From NCBI GenBank assembly GCA_040755495.1, contig JBFMAT010000007.1, positions 23,455 to 87,454 on the forward strand: a DNA stretch of 64,000 nt. Reading direction: 5' to 3'. This DNA comes from Chloroflexota bacterium. Its GTDB lineage: Bacteria > Chloroflexota > Limnocylindria > Limnocylindrales > CSP1-4. Each line of letters opens with the position of its first letter. Position 1 is the first letter of the stretch. The notes beneath the pieces were generated by a model. The model was not told the origin of the DNA. It saw only the letters and a list, made by a program, of their open reading frames with translations, and did not search any database. A program made the position numbers and the translations under genes. Shown one piece after another: positions 60,318-64,000 of this stretch.

Positions 60318-60363
60318 AGTATAGGCGGGAGCCCGCGCGCGTCCCCCCTCCGTTCGTGCCGCC

Positions 60364-61385
<1,022 letters not shown>

Positions 61386-61389
<4 letters not shown>

Positions 61390-62282
61390 CGGCCCGCGGG
61401 CGGATGCGGGGCCATGCCCTCGGTCACGTAGCCGGTGATGCGCTCCGCGAGGTGCGAGAACTCGGTCGGGATGAGGAACTTGGTCGACGGGCTCGCCCCC
61501 AGCGCCTTGAGGGCCTCGAGGTACTGGAGCGCCATCGTCTTCTCGTCCACGAGGTGGGCCGCGGCGAAGATCCGCTCCAGCGCCTGGCTGAAGCCCTCGG
61601 CCCGCAGGATCGCGGCCTGCCGCTCGCCCTCGGCCTTGAGGATCTCGGACTGCTTCTGGCCCTCGGCGACGTTGATCGCGGCCTGCCGGTTGCCCTCGGA
61701 CTCGGTGATCACCGCCCGCCGCGTCCGCTCGGCGGACAGCTGGCGGTTCATCGCGTCCTGGACGTCACGCGGCGGCGTGATCTCGCGGATCTCGACGGTG
61801 GTGACCTTGCCGCCCCAGCGCTCGGTCACCTCGTCGAGCTTGGCCCGCAGCACCTCGTTGATCTGCTCGCGCTTGGACAGGACCTCGTCCAGCAGGATGT
61901 CGCCGATGACGGCCCGCAGGGTGGTGGTCGCGACGCCCTGGAGCGCGCCCGCGAAGTAGGCCACGTTCACGATGCTCTTGAGCGGATCGACGATCCGCCA
62001 GTAGATCAGGAAGTCGACGTTGATCGGGGCGTTGTCCTTGGTGATCGTGGTCTGGCTGGGCACCTCGATGAACTGCTCGCGCACGTCCACCTTCACCGGC
62101 CGGTCCACGATCGGGATCAGGAACCGCAGGCCGGGCGGCCGGACCATGCTCTCGTTGGTCCTGCCGAGGCGGAACACGACCATCTGCTCGTACTGCTGCA
62201 CGATCCGCACCGAGAGATACAGGATCACGAGCAGCACGACCACGATGAACGCGGCGATCGCGAGGACGGTGGCGAACTCCAT
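61386..62282 (-). CDS. SPFH/band-7 (stomatin-like) protein
   Basis: The MEFATV start at 62282 was placed by counting 298 aa from the stop. N-terminal TM, then RIVQQYEQMVVFRLGR, ITKDNAPINVDFLIYWRIVDP, LRAVIG, V.IREI.PP..V..AM and a coiled-coil tail. Confidence 0.92.
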
Positions 62283-62296
62283 GGGTCCCTCCCCTG

Positions 62297-63679
62297 TCAG
62301 GTCATGTCGGCGGGCGCCGGGGTCTCGGGCGCCGGGGCCGGGTACACGGATGACGGCTCGACGACGGCGGTGAGGCCGTCGAACCCGACGAGGCGGACGG
62401 CTGAATCGCGCGACAGCGGCCGCCCATCGGCGGTCCGTGCGCTCCACGGCTCGCCGGCGAGGTACGCGGTGCCGACGGGGTCGAGCGGCGCCTGCACGGT
62501 GCCGAGGGTGCCGATCGGGACGCGGGCGCCGACGGTGCCGGCCGGCGCCAGCATCCGGCGCGACCGGACGGCGGCCACGGCGATCAGGCCCATGAGCACC
62601 GCCGTCGTGGCGGTCATGACGACGACCAGCGGCGTGGCGACCCCGACGATCGGTCCCGTGGGATCGCCCGGCAGCGTGTACAGCGCCGACGCGCCCAGCG
62701 CGAAGCAGACGATCCCGCCGATGGTCAGCAGCCCGTGGCTCGTGACCTGCGTCTCGAGCAAGAACAGGATCACGCCCAGCGTCAGCAGCAGCAGGCCGGC
62801 CAGGTTGAGCGGCAGGCTGCCAAAGCCGATGAACGCGAGGATCAGGGCCAGGGCGCCCAGGATGCCGGTCACGAAGTTGGGGTTCTGGAGCTCGAAGATC
62901 AGGCCGTAGACGCCGATCGTGAACAGCACGAACGCGATGTTGGGGTCCGACAGCAGGTGCAGGAAGCCCTGGAGCGGGTTCATCGCGACCTCCCGAGCCG
63001 TGGCGCCCGCGAGGTCGAGGGTGACCTCGACGCCGCGCACGTCCACGACCCGGCCGTGGGCGGCCGCGAGCACGCTGTCGACGTCGATCGCGATCCCGTC
63101 CACCGCGCCGGCCGCGACGGCCTCGCTCGCCGCGTAGGAGGCGGCCTCCTCGACCGTCGACACGGCCCAGTCGACCGGCCGGCCGCGCGCCTCGGCGATC
63201 GCGGTGATGTTCTTGATCGCGTCGTTGCGGACCTTCTCGCCCAGCGTGCCCCCGATGTCCTCGCCGCTCCCGCCGACGGGCGACGCGGCGCCGATGTTGG
63301 TCCCGGGCGCCATGAATGCGAGGTTGGCCGCGAGGGTGATGAACGTGCCCGCGCTGGCGGCCCGGCCGCCCGCCGGCGCGACGTAGACGATGGTCGGGAT
63401 GGGCGCCTCGAGCAGCGCGCTGGTGATCCGCTGCGTCGCGTCGAGGCTGCCGCCCGGCGTGTTGAGCTCGATGACGACGGCCGCCGCACCCTCGTCCGCG
63501 GCCCTCGCGATCCCGTCGCCGAGGTAGCCGGCCATCACGTTGTCCACGACGCCGGTGGTCGGCAGGACGACGACCTCGGGGCCAGCCGCACGGCTGGCCC
63601 CGGCCAGGGCGAGCAGGAGCACGCCCAGCGAGACGAGCGAGAGCGGGAGCCGGTGCCGGGAGGCAGACTGGCGGGTCAT
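62297..63679 (-). CDS. NfeD-family membrane-bound ClpP-class serine protease
   Basis: Inner ATG at 63679 (MTRQSASRHRLPL... signal/TM) gives 460 aa. Motifs are VVIELNTPGGSLDAT, VYVAP.GGRAASAGTFI, a central 4-5 TM block and a C-terminal OB-like NfeD domain (G.V..PL.P.G...L.GE.WSA). Confidence 0.9.
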   Translation of the reverse strand: MTRQSASRHRLPLSLVSLGVLLLALAGASRAAGPEVVVLPTTGVVDNVMAGYLGDGIARAADEGAAAVVIELNTPGGSLDATQRITSALLEAPIPTIVYVAPAGGRAASAGTFITLAANLAFMAPGTNIGAASPVGGSGEDIGGTLGEKVRNDAIKNITAIAEARGRPVDWAVSTVEEAASYAASEAVAAGAVDGIAIDVDSVLAAAHGRVVDVRGVEVTLDLAGATAREVAMNPLQGFLHLLSDPNIAFVLFTIGVYGLIFELQNPNFVTGILGALALILAFIGFGSLPLNLAGLLLLTLGVILFLLETQVTSHGLLTIGGIVCFALGASALYTLPGDPTGPIVGVATPLVVVMTATTAVLMGLIAVAAVRSRRMLAPAGTVGARVPIGTLGTVQAPLDPVGTAYLAGEPWSARTADGRPLSRDSAVRLVGFDGLTAVVEPSSVYPAPAPETPAPADMT

Positions 63680-63772
63680 CGGACTCGCCCGAGTATGGCA
63701 CCGCCCGTCGCGGCGGTCGCGTGCCGGTGTGCCCGACCGGGGGGTCGGTCCGGCCGCACCGCCCAAGCGCCG

Positions 63773-64000
63773 TCAGCCGCGGAGCGCGTCGAACACGAGG
63801 CTCGACCAGGTCTCCATCGCGTCCCGGACCGCGGCGACCTCGTCGGTCGTCGCGAACCCGCCGCTGAGCTTGTCCGTCTCGCGGATCGCGACCGCGCGGC
63901 CCGCCGCGTCGGCGAGGTACACGAACCCGACGTGCACGGCCCCCACCGCAGTGGTGTCGTCGTTGAGCAAGCCGACCGGCGAGAAGTCGGGCTCGAAGCC
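63773..64000 (-). CDS. Hypothetical protein, C-terminal fragment (gene continues beyond the window)
   Basis: The frame stays open to the window edge: ...GFEPDFSPVGLLNDDTTAVGAVHVGFVYLADAAGRAVAIRETDKLSGGFATTDEVAAVRDAMETWSSLVFDALRG. It faintly resembles COG4112-type predicted phosphoesterases as I remember them. This is a low-confidence family call. Confidence 0.5.
   Translation of the reverse strand, partial: GFEPDFSPVGLLNDDTTAVGAVHVGFVYLADAAGRAVAIRETDKLSGGFATTDEVAAVRDAMETWSSLVFDALRG

Overview
This window is a very GC-rich bacterial chromosomal segment, well above 70% G+C by eye (not computed). It is densely packed with housekeeping genes, almost all on the minus strand, and many junctions are translationally coupled through ATGA, GTGA, TTGA or TGATG overlaps.

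Confident calls:
- xseB and xseA, efp, and an M24 Xaa-Pro aminopeptidase.
- mltG, ruvX, alaS, mnmA, a cysteine desulfurase and typA.
- aspS, hisS, a cold-shock protein, and a MerR regulator with an MFS pump.
- rel, murE, two FemAB-family genes, murJ, a Xer-type recombinase and topA.
- dprA, comM, and an SPFH/NfeD pair.

No rRNA, tRNA, CRISPR array, transposase or prophage was seen. The many very long Arg/Pro/Gly/Ala-rich ORFs in the six-frame track are antisense or out-of-frame artefacts of the GC content.

Items worth a second look:
1. Two families of about 150-175 nt structured intergenic repeats, each present twice.
2. An FtsA-like ATPase plus a membrane-anchored baseplate-J-like protein inserted between alaS and ruvX.
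3. A four-gene ABC system with two ATPases and two giant double-FtsX permeases. One ATPase carries an AbrB-like tail and a 15-nt tandem repeat.
4. A coupled xer-murJ-femAB-femAB-murE-DUF2993 string in which MurE has EDPR in place of the DNPR motif.
5. An orphan receiver-ParA/MinD (CpaE/TadZ-like) gene next to comM-dprA, with a structured leader.
6. Several small or orphan ORFs.

The lineage guess, a high-GC monoderm (Actinomycetota- or Chloroflexota-like), is inference only.
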